Under the pieces are notes generated by a model. The model made no database searches, was not told the origin of the DNA, and saw only the letters and a list, made by a program, of their open reading frames with translations. A program made the translations under genes and the position numbers. A stretch of 64,000 nt of DNA, taken from NCBI RefSeq assembly GCF_004010195.1, contig NC_057716.1, forward strand, positions 52,689,713 to 52,753,712. Reading direction: 5' to 3'. Each line of letters starts with the position of its first letter. The first letter of the stretch is position 1. Below, piece after piece: positions 1 to 12,695 of this stretch. Source of the stretch: Chiloscyllium plagiosum (taxonomy: Eukaryota).

Positions 1-699
1 CTTAGTTCATTATCTGCAGGTTTGAGGGGCCAACCCCTGCTGTTCACTTCCTCAGGCACTTCCTTTGTCTGTCTGGAACGGATTCTGAGGCTATCCTTGC
101 CATCCTGCCTGCAGGAAAATAGCACCATTACTTCAGACCCTCAGATCCCACAGCAGAGCCTCCAGGCAGGTATCCATGGCATAGCTTTCCTAACTTCCTT
201 CCAATTTCCATACAGGTTCATCTGAATCACTTCTGCTCCCCAACGAGGCTCTCTTTAATAAGAAGTGGTGCATCCCACCTGCATTCTCTGATTGGTCAGA
301 TACCCTGAAGCAGGAGAATAATGTCCTGGATAATTAAAGTGCCAGAACAGAGTTCATTCTTGGATAAATGGGTTCCTGGCCCACTGCAAGTTAGTCCATT
401 ATGTGTGGGCATGCTTGTAACAGAAATTTTACCACATGGGGTACATCGTGTCACAATCTTCACTGCATAAACAGCATGGCACAAAATATTCCACATATTA
501 TACAACACTCAACCTTTCCAGAAGCCATCATCTTCTCATTTATTATTCAGCACCATTTTTCATACTGCTGATAGTACTGTATTGAAATGATCTACACTGC
601 TAAAAATAGAAACCTCTTCCAGTAACTGTTGCGGGAAAGGGTTTAAAACATAGCCATTACAGCTGTAATTGTTGATTTTGACAGGACATGAACACTTAC

Positions 700-723
700 C
701 TTTGCCAAAAGAGCACTGGCAGG
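700..723 (-). other. Candidate 24-nt microexon (PASALLAK in phase 0)
   Basis: Minus strand reads ttgtgttcatAG|cctgccagtgctcttttggcaaag|GTaagtg: consensus donor, frame-preserving, no stop in any frame, in repeat-free sequence. Peptide not recognised. Confidence 0.3.
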
Positions 724-2564
724 CTATGAACACAATTCACCAAATAAATATTTAATATTTAGCCCTATCTGCATCTACCTAACTGAGGCAATGCACCAGC
801 TGCCAAAGAAATAAAACTGGTATATGCATAAAGTAGCTGCTCTTTGCGCTATAACACAACCTGATGTCAGTCATAACAATTAACGTTCATTGAGGAACAT
901 GTTACTAAGCCTTTTACAATTTATAACAGCTCAGCATAGTTGCAAGATGCAACAGTTTAATATGCTATTTATTTTCATATAGAAAACTCAATACACATTC
1001 TCGGCAACGTTGTCTTATTTACATTTTTGAAATTGACACATCAAAAGCCATTAGTGGTAGATTGCTAGAATGTTCCTGGAATCCGGGTTGTTTTGTCAGT
1101 ATACCTACTCATGCAGCACAAAACTGATACATTTCACTTTATGACATTTCTTTCCTGGACATGCCTGTTAACTGGAATTGGAACTGAGACTGGGACCACC
1201 TGTAACCTTCACAGTTTTCAGGTATAGAATAGTTTAGTAAATGACATTTTTGTCAATATCAGCGATCTGACCTTCGTTAGTATTCATATTTGTTAGCAGG
1301 ACTAACTGCATTAATAATTTAGAATGTACCTCACTGTTATATCATTAGATCTTAGCATAATTTTATAATTTGATCTGTTTAAAAATTGAGTATTCTATCA
1401 AGGAAGAAAATTAATGCTCAAGGTTCTTCTCTCTCTCCCACCTCCCCAAACTAAAATAAATCTTGCCAAATATACAATACATATATTTACAGGATTTTAT
1501 GTCAAATTATTCTTGGCAAGTCACTACAGCCTGAGGGCCAAGACAGACTTTCCGTTCAGAGTGAAACCATTAACACCAATTCCTCTCAGCCGCTGCAGCA
1601 ACTCAACATAAACATCCCTGAAGCTTTAATAATATTTCATTACATAAAGCATGCATTGTTAATGCTCTGCAGAGAATGTACATTAAAACAATAAATAACT
1701 TCAGCAACAATTTGTATGTAATAATTTTAAACTTAATTTTCAATATTTCAATGATGAAATGCTAAATTATTTAATCAATGAAACACATATAAAAAAACTA
1801 GTTACACAACTATTTTTATAACAAGTGATACATTTTATCTGTGCTTATGGGACATGAACAAGGCCATATTTATTAAAAATCTCTGGAGATATCTGGGAAT
1901 GAAAATACGAGCGGCAGTAGCATGAAATGAACTTATAGAGAATCAAAAAGGACATTTCTCATTGTGTCTGATCAATTGAACAGAATACTGGCTGCTGATT
2001 TTCCATTAACCATATGTACATGACTGCCACTGAGCAAATAAAAGCAAGGTCCATTAGCAGGATTTAACATTTTGCTTATATTTCAAAGCAGCATTGATAC
2101 AACAAAAGACATGACACTTTCTGAAGGTTCAGGGCATTGGGATGTAAATCTTTCTGACAACAATTTAAGATGAGCTTTCTGGAAGACCCCAAAGGAAGGT
2201 TGCCATTTAGGTTGGTGATAAACCATCAAACAGCATTGCATGTCATGTGGAAGGAGATGGTAACACGTAACATGCCTAGAATTCTGTAGTCTCCATGAAA
2301 TTTCAAAGAAAATCTTGTTGTTGATAAAGATTTTACAAGAAAACCAAAATAAACTGACACAACGTGTGGACAGAATATATTCACTTCCCTTTAATTCAAC
2401 TGGATATCTGGGACTGATATCATACGCAGACCAGAGCCGATTTTTTTAAACAAAAGTCAAATAGTTATTGTGATTATTTCCTGGTGCTGGATTAAACATC
2501 TTCAAACAATTTAAAATTCAATTTTGCTATGTCCTCCAGTCATCACTATTGTACAGGCACATAC

Positions 2565-2825
2565 AAAATAGGTGCACATTTAAGCCATTCGCCCCATTCG
2601 GGTGATAGCTAATTTTAAAACAGTGCCCACTTGTTCTGGACTCACCCATAACAGGAAACATCCTTTCTATGTACACCTTCTCAAGACCATTCAGGATCTA
2701 ACAGACTTCAATCAAGTCACCCTTCATGCATCTGAACTCCGGCAGAATCAAGGCCAGACTGGTTAACATATACTCACACGACATCACAATCATTCCAGGT
2801 GTCAAGCTAGTTAACCTTCTTTGAA
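2565..2825 (-). mobile_element. Old CR1 LINE 3' fragment
   Basis: Decayed ORF2 C-terminal motifs (GDLIEV-like, 'aggatgtttcc') on the minus strand. Confidence 0.7.
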
Positions 2826-3869
2826 TATAGCATTATATATTGCAGTGCTTGGGTGAAGGTTTTAAAAATAGTGTGATGTTCCTCATAGGAACATTTTTGT
2901 TTCCTATGTCATTGATTTTTTAGGAACAGATATACCTAAGCTTTTGTCTGATCAACAAAAAGGAAGTATTAAAGCTGCATACATAGTTTAAATATAAGTT
3001 TTAATGAAAAGTTAATTTCCCTACATCTAAAGTTACCACACTAACGGATCCTTATGTTCTGATTTAAGGCAGTATTGCTCAAATTTCAGGGACCATGAAA
3101 TTCAAACAGGACAAATCATGAATAGGAAATGCATGCATCAATATGACTGACGTCAAAGTCAGATTGCCAGGGCATAGAAACACATCTGCTACTAAAATGT
3201 GCAATTTCAAAAGAGGGTTATGTGCAAGGTCTCTAAATCTCACAAGATACAAGGCAAGTAAGCAAACCTCTCATTTTCCCTCTTGTCAAGTCTGAAATTA
3301 CAACCTGTATTACTGAATTAGTTCCTGAAATTCCAGGGCTGTCACCTTGCTGCTGTAATTGTTGCATAAAGTGATTCCATCAGAAACCCTAGGATTAATT
3401 GCTTTGGGTTATGCAAGATTTACGTATCATCAGAATGTGGTAAGATATAACAGGTTCCCAAATGGAACAAGGTACAACAGCAAAATTGAGAGGACTGCCT
3501 GCATTTCAGCAGCTGCTGAAGCTTTGAGATGTTGAGATACAAGCTTATCTGACAACAATCTAAATATCTGACTTGTCACAAAAGAAGATCCCAAAAGAAC
3601 ATTGTCATTTATGTTGGTAATAAGCATCAAATACAGGAATGTATATAATGTGAAAGGAGATGGTAGCAAGTGTTATATAATTCTACAGACTCACAACAAT
3701 GCAGGAAGAGTTTCTTGTTGTTGTTTATGATCTCACAAAAGAAGCAAAGGTAGGCTACCTGAAACAACAGTATCATGACTGGTCAGTGAGCTACTCAGAC
3801 ATTATTCACTGCTCTGGTGACCAGTTGTGATGCTCTGATGTTTCATGAGTTTTATTTGCATCTATAAAC

Positions 3870-4440
3870 ATATGATTTAGGAGTGGAGTAGGCTATTCAG
3901 CCCCTCAAGTCTACTTTGTCATTCAATAAAATCATGCTGATCTGATTATTCCACATTCCCACCTACTGATGGTAATCTTTCTCCCGGTAACTTATCAATA
4001 ATCTATCTAATTCTGCCTTAAATAAAATTGAAAGACTTTGCTCCACTGGCTTTTCAAGAAGAGATCCAAAGACTCTCAACCCTCTGTGACAAAACATTCT
4101 ATTCATCTCTGTATTAAATTGATGATCTGACATTTCTAAATAGTGACCCCAAGTTCTGAAATCTCCCACAAAAGGAAACATATTTTCTATATCCACCCCC
4201 ATCAAGACCCCTCAGGGTTTTATTTGTTTCAATCAGTCTCTCACTCTTCCAAACATGAACAGACATAAGTCTATCCTCTCTAACCTGATGACAATGTGTC
4301 CATATCAGATACTAGTCCATTCAGCCTTCTCTAAATTGTTTTCAATGTATGTACATTCGTCATTAAATAAGAAGACCATACTGTACACAGTATTCCAGAT
4401 GAGGTCTCACCAATTCACTGTATAACTGAAGCATAACCTC
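3870..4440 (-). mobile_element. CR1 LINE 3' fragment
   Basis: ORF 3963-4205 (DIENMFPFVGDFRTWGH) resembles the CR1 ORF2 C-terminus; CR1 3'UTR at the left end. Confidence 0.8.
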
Positions 4441-4442
4441 AC

Positions 4443-4610
4443 AATCATAGAGTCATTATGGGGCAGAAAGAGGCTATTTGGCTTATCATATCTGTACTGA
4501 CTTTTCAAATGAGCATCATGTCTTAGTGCCACTCTCATCCCTTTTCCCTATAACTCTGCATGTTATTTCTATTTAAATAATCATGTAAATCCCTCTTGAA
4601 TGCCTTGATA
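4443..4610 (-). mobile_element. CR1 3' end, different subfamily
   Basis: atcatagagtcat tail plus 3'UTR motif 'aggctatttggc'. Confidence 0.65.
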
Positions 4611-4689
4611 CTTGTCATTACTGTAGCCGTCATTATCAACATTCTGGGAGGCACCAGTGGCACAGAAACTAAACTGGACTTGTCATATA

Positions 4690-6057
4690 ATTACAGTAGC
4701 TCCAAGAACAGGTCAAAGATTCGGAATACCGGAGTGAGTAACTTGCCTCCTGATTCCCCAGATCCTGTCCATTATCTACAAGACACAAGTCAGGAGTAAT
4801 ATGGAATACTTCCCACTTACATGGATGGATGCAGCTCCATCATCACTCAAGTAGCTTCACACCATCCAGGACAAAAGGAAGAATAGAGGCATGGACTATT
4901 TTCTAAATGGGGAGAATATTCAGAAGTCTGAAATGCAAAGACACTTGGGAGTTCTAGTCCAGGATTCTCCCAAGATAAACTTGCAGGTTGAGTCAGTAGT
5001 TGGAAAGGCAAATGCAATGACTGCATTTATTTTGAGAGGACTTCAATATAAAAGTAGGAATGTACTTATGAGGCTCTATAAGTCTCTGGTCAGACAACAT
5101 TTGGAGTATTGTGCATAGGTTTGGGCCCCTTATTTCAGGAAGGATGGACTGGCCCTGGAGTGGGTTCAAAGGAGGTTCACAAGAATGGTCCCAGGAATGA
5201 AAAGCTTAACATATGAGGAACGTTTGAGGACTCTGGGACTATACCTGATGGAGTTTAGAAGGATGAGGGGCATCTAATTGAAGCTTACAGCATACTGAAT
5301 GGCTCGGACAGAGTGGATGTTGGGAAGATGTTTCCATTGGGAGGAAAGGCAAGAGCCGAGGGCTTGGCCTTGGAGTAAAAGGGAGACCTTTTAGAATGGA
5401 GATAGGGAGAAACATCTTCAGCCAGAGAGTGATGAATCTATGGAATTCATTGCCACAGAAGGCTGATGAGGCCAGGTCATTGAGTATATTTGAGACAGAG
5501 AGGTAGCTTCTTGCATATCAAGGGGATCAAGGGTTATGGGGAGAAAGCTGGAGAATGGGTTTGAGAAGCTTATCAGCCATGATTGAATGGCGGAGCAGAC
5601 TCGATGGGTTGAATGGCCTAATTTCTGCTCGTATACCTTATGGTCTTATGGACAAAGCAGCCCACTTTATTGGTGCGACATCCATAAATTCCATTCCTTC
5701 CATTACCAATACTCAGCAGGAGTGTCAACCATCTATAAGATACTCTGTAAAGACTCCCAGTGCTGGTCAGACAGCACAAGTAGAAGGGTAACAGATACAT
5801 GAGAAGACCAGCAGCTGCAAGTTCCTCTCTAAGCTACACATCATCCTGACTTGGAAATATATTACTGTTTCTTCAGTGTCATGAGGTCAAAATTGTGGAA
5901 TGATCTCCCTAATGGCATTGTTGGTTTACGGTCAGCACATGGACTTTGGTGATTCAAGTTGGCAGCTCACTGCCACCTTCTCAAGGGAAATTTAGGATAC
6001 ATAGTAAATGGTGGCCTAACCAGTGACACCCATGTCACATGAATGAATAAAATAAAA
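4690..6057 (+). mobile_element. CR1/L2-group LINE ('LINE-B', tail shared with DeuSINE), 3' part, split by a CR1 insertion
   Basis: Sequence is continuous across the insert (accatccaggacaaa...gcagcccact) and ends in gaatgaataaaataaaa. Same family at 18720-20995, 22063-22478, 31200-31385 and 57380-58112. Confidence 0.8.
4876..5649 (+). mobile_element. 5'-truncated CR1 LINE with 7-bp TSD
   Basis: ORF2 C-terminal fragment (ORF 4891-5118, LYKSLVRQHLEYC); cttatggtcttat tail; GGACAAA at 4869-4875 and 5650-5656. Confidence 0.9.
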
Positions 6058-6064
6058 GATTGAA

Positions 6065-7190
6065 CTAGCCACCATCACACTTCCATGCAGTGCATTCCAG
6101 ACCTGAACCACTCGAAGTGAAAACGTTTATTCTCACATCACATTTACTTCTTTTACAAATGATTTTTGATTTGTGAACTCTCAATTGTAATCCATTTGTG
6201 AGCAGAAGCAATTTCTCCTTGTCTATTCTGTCTCGATGTTTTGTGATTCTGAAACATTGATTGAACCCCTTTAATGACTTAAGCACATACATATTGAGTT
6301 CCACTTGATCTTGCGCTTCCTTGAGAATAGGCCCCTTTTTTATACTGCCTCTTCATGGTCTTTCTAACAAAATGAATTACTTTACATTTCTCCGCATTGA
6401 TCTGCCATCCATATGCCCAATCCATCAATTTATCTCGGGTTCTTTTGAAGCTTGACACTGTTCTGCTCACAGTTTACAATACTTCCAAGTTTAATACTGT
6501 CTGCAAACTTGGAAATTATCCTCTGAACTCTAAGGTCTCAATCATTAATATTAAATCTAGAAAATCAATTGTCCGGTTATCAACACCTGGCGATCCCTAC
6601 TGTAAAACTTCCTTTAGCCTGAAAAATATCAATTGACTCTCATGACTCTGCTTTCTATCACTCAGCCAATTTTGTATCCATGTTGCTACTGTCTCTTTTA
6701 TTCCTTAGGCTATAACATTTGACAATATCGAATGCCTTTTGAAAGTCCATGTATGTGACATCAACAGCATTGTTTTAATTAAATATCACTGTTCTCTCTT
6801 TAACGAACTTCAACAAGTTAGTTAGACATGATATTCCCTTAAGAATCGATGGTGGTTCTCTCTAATTAATCTAAATTTGTCCATGTGATATTAATTTGAT
6901 GCCAAATTAATATTTATATAAAACTTTCCCACAACCAAAATTAAGTGAGTTGATCTGTAACTGCTGGGCATTTCCTTACAAACCTTATAACTTTCCTGCT
7001 TTCACAATCAGTTGGCCTTGCAATAAACATTAACATTCTATTAGCTATCCTAATTACTTGCTGTACCTGCATACTAACCTTTTATGGTTCATGTACTAGG
7101 GGCCATTCAGGTTTCACTGCAACTCAGAGCTCTGCAATCTCATACCACTAACTCAGTCAATATGTTTCTCCTTTTAATCTTCCCGTCAGT
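6065..7190 (-). mobile_element. Decayed CR1 ORF2 fragments (RT and C-terminus; at least two pieces)
   Basis: ORFs 6065-6304 and 6279-6470 (WQINAEKCKVIHF); 'gactttcaaaaggcattcgat' = DFQKAFD. Confidence 0.8.
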
Positions 7191-7314
7191 AAGGGCATTT
7201 TTTTTTATTGATATCAAACCTGCAGATTTTGACATTCTATTTTAAAATCATTGCTTCTTAAATTATTGTGACATTAAACATATTTAAAGGCCATGTACAT
7301 GATATTATGAAGAA

Positions 7315-7485
7315 AGACAAAATAGTTCAGATGCTGGAAATCTGAATCAAACACAGAATGCTGGAGAAACTCAGCAGATCTGGCAGCATCTGTAGAGAGA
7401 TAAATAGGATAATGTTTTGAGTGTGATATGACTTCTTCAGAACTCTTCTTCAGTGCTGAATTTCTACAGCATTCTCTGTGTTTGT
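7315..7485 (-). mobile_element. Penelope-like terminal repeat remnant (family D), partial hairpin with degenerate hammerhead
   Basis: gctggagaaactcagcag... arm with an inverted tgctgaatttctacagcattct arm; minus strand reads agtt-CTGAAGA at about 7434-7444. Confidence 0.7.
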
Positions 7486-8982
7486 ACAAATACTGTGATT
7501 CTGTATTTTGTTTTATCATGATACCTTAATAGATTGCTGATTTACACACGTCACTGCCAGGTGAGACCGTTCCTGCTTGGTTCTAGACATCTCTGCAAGC
7601 AATTAGCTGAGGTGATGGGATGTTCCTGGGCAGCTTACTAGTATTCTCTCTTGGCTATATGGTTTTGACAGTCTACGTCACAGCAGCACCCTTCTGTATA
7701 ATTGAGGGATTTGAAACTTTGCTGTCATGTTCCCCTACACTGTCTAGAATTCAGTAATTGTCTTGTTACCATTAACATGTTGGGCAAGCCCAGAGTTTAT
7801 TTGTGTGAATTTCGCAGCAGCTTATTTTGGAGGCTCTTAAGCTGAAGGTCTCTACATATCAGCTAGCTAGTGAAATGTAGATTTTTTAACAAAGGATATT
7901 GTTGAGTAGTTGCTACTACAATGTCACTTTGAAAAGAAATCGCAAACATTCGAGTTATGCATTTAGATCATTTTATATAAAAACCTCAGAATATTTCATG
8001 GAGAAAAGCGATACAATAGTCTATCATCATCCATTGGGCTGACCTTGTAACATATTATGAGGGACCAGTATTTAACAGTCAATCAATCGAATTTTGATGT
8101 AGAACATGGTCTCAGTATACACTGGCGCCAGGGATTTTTACCCAATGACTGTGCATATCGGACAGTAATAGTTTTAATTTCCCAAGCTCGCTTCAAGTAA
8201 TCAATTCAGATTTCTGGTTTATGTTAATTCTTGCACAGTGTACCCACCCACACACCAACCACCCACCTTCCATTTGTATTGTTGTAAAGTTTGGCATGTT
8301 AATTTCGCTTAAAAATGATTAGCATTTGCTGGTACAAAATAAATTTTTCCTTTCTGTGGATTCATAGATCTTACCGGATGTGTATTTGGTTATTAAGGTC
8401 AGCAGACTTTCAGTATTATGAAGTTGTTAATGTTTCTTTTTATAATCTGGGCAATGCCGACTGTGGAAGCATTGCACTGTTCTAAAGTACAGCTTGTTTC
8501 ACTGATGCCATGGAGATCTAAACTAAGCTGACACTATCATAGGCTGATTTATAACAAAGATAATTTTATTCATTGGACCATCAATGTTTTGCAATTCAAT
8601 TTTCACTGCGTGATGCATATTTTATAATAAAACTAACAATTCAATTCTGCGGGTTCCACTCTCCACCATCCCTCTTCCACAGCCACCAAACCCCCTTAAC
8701 CCCACCAAGGTTACAGATTGCAGTATTTTGTTTCCAAGCTAATGTCTCCCATCCCTTTATTGATTACAATTGACCTTATACCAACTGAAGCTTAGAGGTC
8801 ACACTGAGCTTGTTTTGGTTTTTTACACTCAAATAGGTTTTCAGGCAACAGCTAAATATGACTCTCTGACAGCTTTATCTCCTGTGATAATGCAGAATCA
8901 ATGAGATAGGCTATCCTTAACATTGCACAGATGGAGCGCGAAAACACTACAAGTCACAACTGCCCTTGTATGTAGTTTTCAT

Positions 8983-9297
8983 ATAGATGAGATTCCCTAC
9001 AGTGTGGAAACAGGTCCTTCGGCCCAACAAGTCCACACTGACCCTCCAAAGTGTAATCCACCCAGTCCTATTTCCCTCTGACTATTGCACCTAGCACTAT
9101 GGGCAATTTATCATGGCCAATTCACCAACCTGCACACCTTTGGACTGTGGGAGGAAACCGGAGCACCTGGAGGAAACCCACGCAGACACGGGGAGAATGT
9201 GCAAACTCCACCCAGACAGTCTCCCGAGGCTGGAATCAAACCTGGGACCTTAGTGCTGTGAGGCAGCAGAGCTAACCACTGAGCCACTGTGCCGCCC
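8983..9297 (-). mobile_element. HE1-type tRNA-derived V-SINE, full length
   Basis: tRNA-like head (ggcggcacagtggctcagtggttag...ggtttgattcc), V-domain (gagtttgcacattctccccgtgtctgcgtgggtttcc), CR1-like 3' tail. Confidence 0.93.
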
Positions 9298-9715
9298 ATT
9301 GTTCTTAAATTCTGAACTGGGATACCATAGGCCCGTGGTTTTCACAATATGTTCACTTCAGCAAAACATGACAAATTGCAATGAAGGTGCAGCAACTTAC
9401 AGTAAAAACAATACACACATCTTATGTACCAGGTAGTACTCCTGTACCGTTTACCACTTTTCTATGAATTACATATCATATAAATGCCAATGTTATTTTT
9501 TTACACAATAATGTTGAAATCATTGTCTGCAATATTGGTGTGCAACCATACCTCTGTACATCCTTTTCATGAATACATTAGCTCAGATGTATTAATAAAT
9601 GAATTTGGCAAAGCAGCGAGCAAAATAAAATCCAAAAAGAAAGACTCAGTACTCATGTGGTAACATTACAAATGTTGTATACATCAATGTTAATGTATTC
9701 AATGTTAATGTATTC

Positions 9716-9970
9716 ATAGAACCAAAGAATCATACAGTACAGAAGAGGCCCTTTGGCCCATTGAGTCCCCACCACAAAAGAAAACTACACTAAATCGTCA
9801 CCAGTTCCACAAACCAGCACTTGGCCCATAGCTTCAAATGTTACGACATTTCAAGTACTCATCTAAGTACTTTTGAAAGGTCGTGAAGTTTCCTCTAGGT
9901 GAAAAAAAGTTTTCCCTAAATCCCTTATAAACCTCTTGCCTTTTGCCTTAAAACTATACCCTCTTGTTAT
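9716..9970 (-). mobile_element. CR1 3' end
   Basis: catagaaccaaagaatcat tail and 'aggccctttggccca' 3'UTR motif; same subfamily as 30750-31010. Confidence 0.75.
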
Positions 9971-10945
9971 AGAGTATATTTTCACACTTTGTGAATCCTT
10001 TATTAATTCTGTTTCTTAGCTTAAATATAGATTCCTACAACTGTTAAAATGACCTTCTGCAACTGCAAGCTGGGAGAATGTTTTCTATGCAATTGGCTGA
10101 GCAGGATTTTTAAAAATGATGGGTGAACTTATAGAACAGACAGAAGTAAATGAGTACGATATGATGAACAAAACAGAGATATGGTTGCAACTGACAATAG
10201 ACAGGAGCTAAATGTTCAAAGATATTTAACATTTTGGAAGGAAAGGAAGAGAACAATGAGAGGTAAGGTGCTCTGTTGAGAACAGTACAGTTGTGAGAAA
10301 TGATATTGGTTCAAAAGATGGAGAATCAGTTGGGTGGTGATAAGAAATGCCAAAGGAAGGAAGACACTAGTGGGTCGATTTAGCAATGACACTGCAGAGA
10401 GGACAACACAATAAGTAGGAGGGGCTTGTAAGAATGATACTGCACTAATCAGGTGTGTTTTAATTTTCTTAAGATTGGAATGATCAAATTGGTGAAAGGA
10501 GATTGCAGGAACTAGGGAACAGATTAGTTTAGGCCTGATAATGTGTAAAGAAACAGAATGAAATAGTGACTACAAAGCATAGGATGATTGAGGTAAGACT
10601 GATCATAATATGACGGAATTTCACATTCAGTTCGAGGTTGAGAAATTTGCATCTGAAATGACTGGCTTAAATTTAAATAAAGGTAATTGTGAAGGTATGA
10701 ATTAGTTGAAGTGGAATGAAAAATAGGTCAAAAGTTAAAAAAGAGAAAAATGGCAGACAATTCCAAAGATATTGCAATGCACCAATTCTCAACACCATTG
10801 ACATAATGTACAACTAACAAAGGAAGTTAAGGATGGAATGAAGTTGACAGTAAGATGTACAATTCTGTAAAGTTTAGCGGTAAGCTAGAAGACGAGGAAA
10901 TGTTTATAAACCAGCAAAGGATGACTGAAAGTATAATGGCAAGCT

Positions 10946-12107
10946 GACATTGGAGCAAAGATGTCTCAGGGCGAGTGCAGAATGTTCTCACGGGGGAGAG
11001 GGACCAGCAAGAGGTCATTGTCCACATTGGAGCCAACGATATAGGAAGGGAAAAGGTTGAGATTCTGAAGGGAGATTACAGAGAGTTAGGCAGAAATTTA
11101 AAAAGGAGGTCCTCAAGCGGAGTAATATCTGGATTACTCCCGGTGCTACGAGCTAGTGAGGGCAGGAATAGGAGAATAGAGCAGATGAATGCATGGCTGA
11201 GGAGCTGGTGTATGGGAGAAAATTCACATTTCTGGATCATTGGAATCTCTTTTGGTGTAGAAGTGACCTGTACAAGAAGGACAGATGGCACCTAAATTGG
11301 AAGGGGACTAATATATTGGCAGGGAAATTTGCTATAACTGCTTGGGAGGATTTAAACTAGTAAGGTGGGGGAGGTGGGACCCATGGAGATAGTGAGGAAA
11401 GAGATCCATCTGAGACTGGTACGGTTGAGAACAGAAGTGAATTAAACAGTCAGGGCAGGCAGTTACAAGGTAGGACTAATAAATTAAACTGCATTTATTT
11501 CAATGCAAGAGGCCTAACAGGGAAGGCAGATGAACTCAGGGCATAGTTAGGAACATGGGACTGGGATATCATACGAATTACAGGCCACTGTTGGAAAGAT
11601 GTTGTGAAACTTGAAAGTGTTCAGAAAAAATTTACAAGGATGTTTCCAGGGTTGGACGATTTGAGCAACAGGGAGAGGTTGAACAGGCTGGGGCTGTTTT
11701 CCCTGGAGCGTTGGAGGCTGAGGGGTGACCTTATAGAGGTTTACAAAATTATGAGGGGCATGGATAGGATAAATAGGCAAAGTCTTTTCCCTGGGGTCGG
11801 GGAGTCCAGAACTAGAGGGCATAAGTTTAGGGTGAGAGGGGAAAGATATAAAAGAGACCTAAGGGGCAACTTTTTCACGCAGAGGGTGGTACGTGTATGG
11901 AATGAGCTGCCAGGGGATGTGGTGGAGGCTGATACAATTGCAACATTTAAGAGGCATTTGAATCCAAAAATGAATAGGAAGGGTTTGGAGGGATATGGGC
12001 TGGGTGCTGGCAGGTGGGACTAGATTGGGTTGGGATATCTGGTCGGCGTGGACAGGTTGGACCGAAGGGTCTGTTTCCGTGCTGTACATCTCGATGACTC
12101 TATGACT
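10946..12107 (+). mobile_element. Young internally deleted CR1: ORF1 esterase-like half + ORF2 start fused to ORF2 C-terminus
   Basis: ORF 10975-11295 (VIVHIGANDIG...ISGLLPV, SGNH-like CR1 ORF1); KLNCIYFNARGL at about 11480; jump at about 11584 to the open ORF2 C-terminus 11604-12023; gactctatgact tail. Confidence 0.9.
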
Positions 12108-12308
12108 AGTAAGAGACCTACAAACAAATAGAAAAAGCTTCTACAAATAGACGCAAAGGAACCGAGTAGCAACAGGGAGTTATGAGAAGTTGATCATTTT
12201 CAGTTTGGCAAACTGTAACTATTGGAGAACAGTAGGAATTAGTACTGCTGTCTCCATAATCTATGATCTTATATCAATGCCATGGATGAAGGGACAAACT
12301 ATATTGTT

Positions 12309-12695
12309 AAGTATGTAAGTTTGCTCACTGAGCTTGAAGGTTTGTTTTCAGACGTTTCGTCACCATACTAGGTAACAGCATCAGTGAGAGTGTCCGGTGA
12401 AGCATTGGTGGTAAGTCCGCCTCTCTATTTATTGGTTTTGGTTTCTTAAAGTGGGTGATGTCATTTCCGGTTCTTGTTTTCAAGGGAAGGTAGATAGAAT
12501 CTAAATCGATGTGTTTATTGATGGAGTTCTATATAAATAGAGAGGCAGGACATACCACCAGCACTTCACTGGAGACTCTTACTGATGATGGTACCTAGTA
12601 TAGTGAAGAAACATCTGAAAATAAACCTTCAAGCTCAGCAAGCAAACCTACATACTTATCATCAACCTGAGCTACAAATCTTCTCAAAAATCACT
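12309..12695. mobile_element. Penelope-like element remnant (family B), inverted-repeat hairpin with 12-bp TSD
   Basis: Inverted arms about 12309-12432 and 12533-12657; spacer encodes NSINKHIDLDSIYLPL on the minus strand (PLE ORF C-terminus); AACTATATTGTT at 12297-12308 and 12696-12707. Confidence 0.88.
12348..12387 (-). ncRNA. Minimal hammerhead ribozyme motif (PLE family B; one core mismatch)
   Basis: tca-CTGATGC-t-gttacc-tagtat-ggtgac-GAAAC-GTC-tga; the partner arm at 12579-12620 (+) has CTGATGA. Confidence 0.65.

Noticed and set aside
9200-9297. tRNA-like sequences (also 35120-35209, 42100-42160, 55420-55488)
   Set aside because: These are SINE heads continuing into SINE bodies, not tRNA genes.
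9684-9716. 15-bp tandem duplication tcaatgttaatgtat
   Set aside because: An ordinary two-copy slippage duplication beside a CR1 tail.
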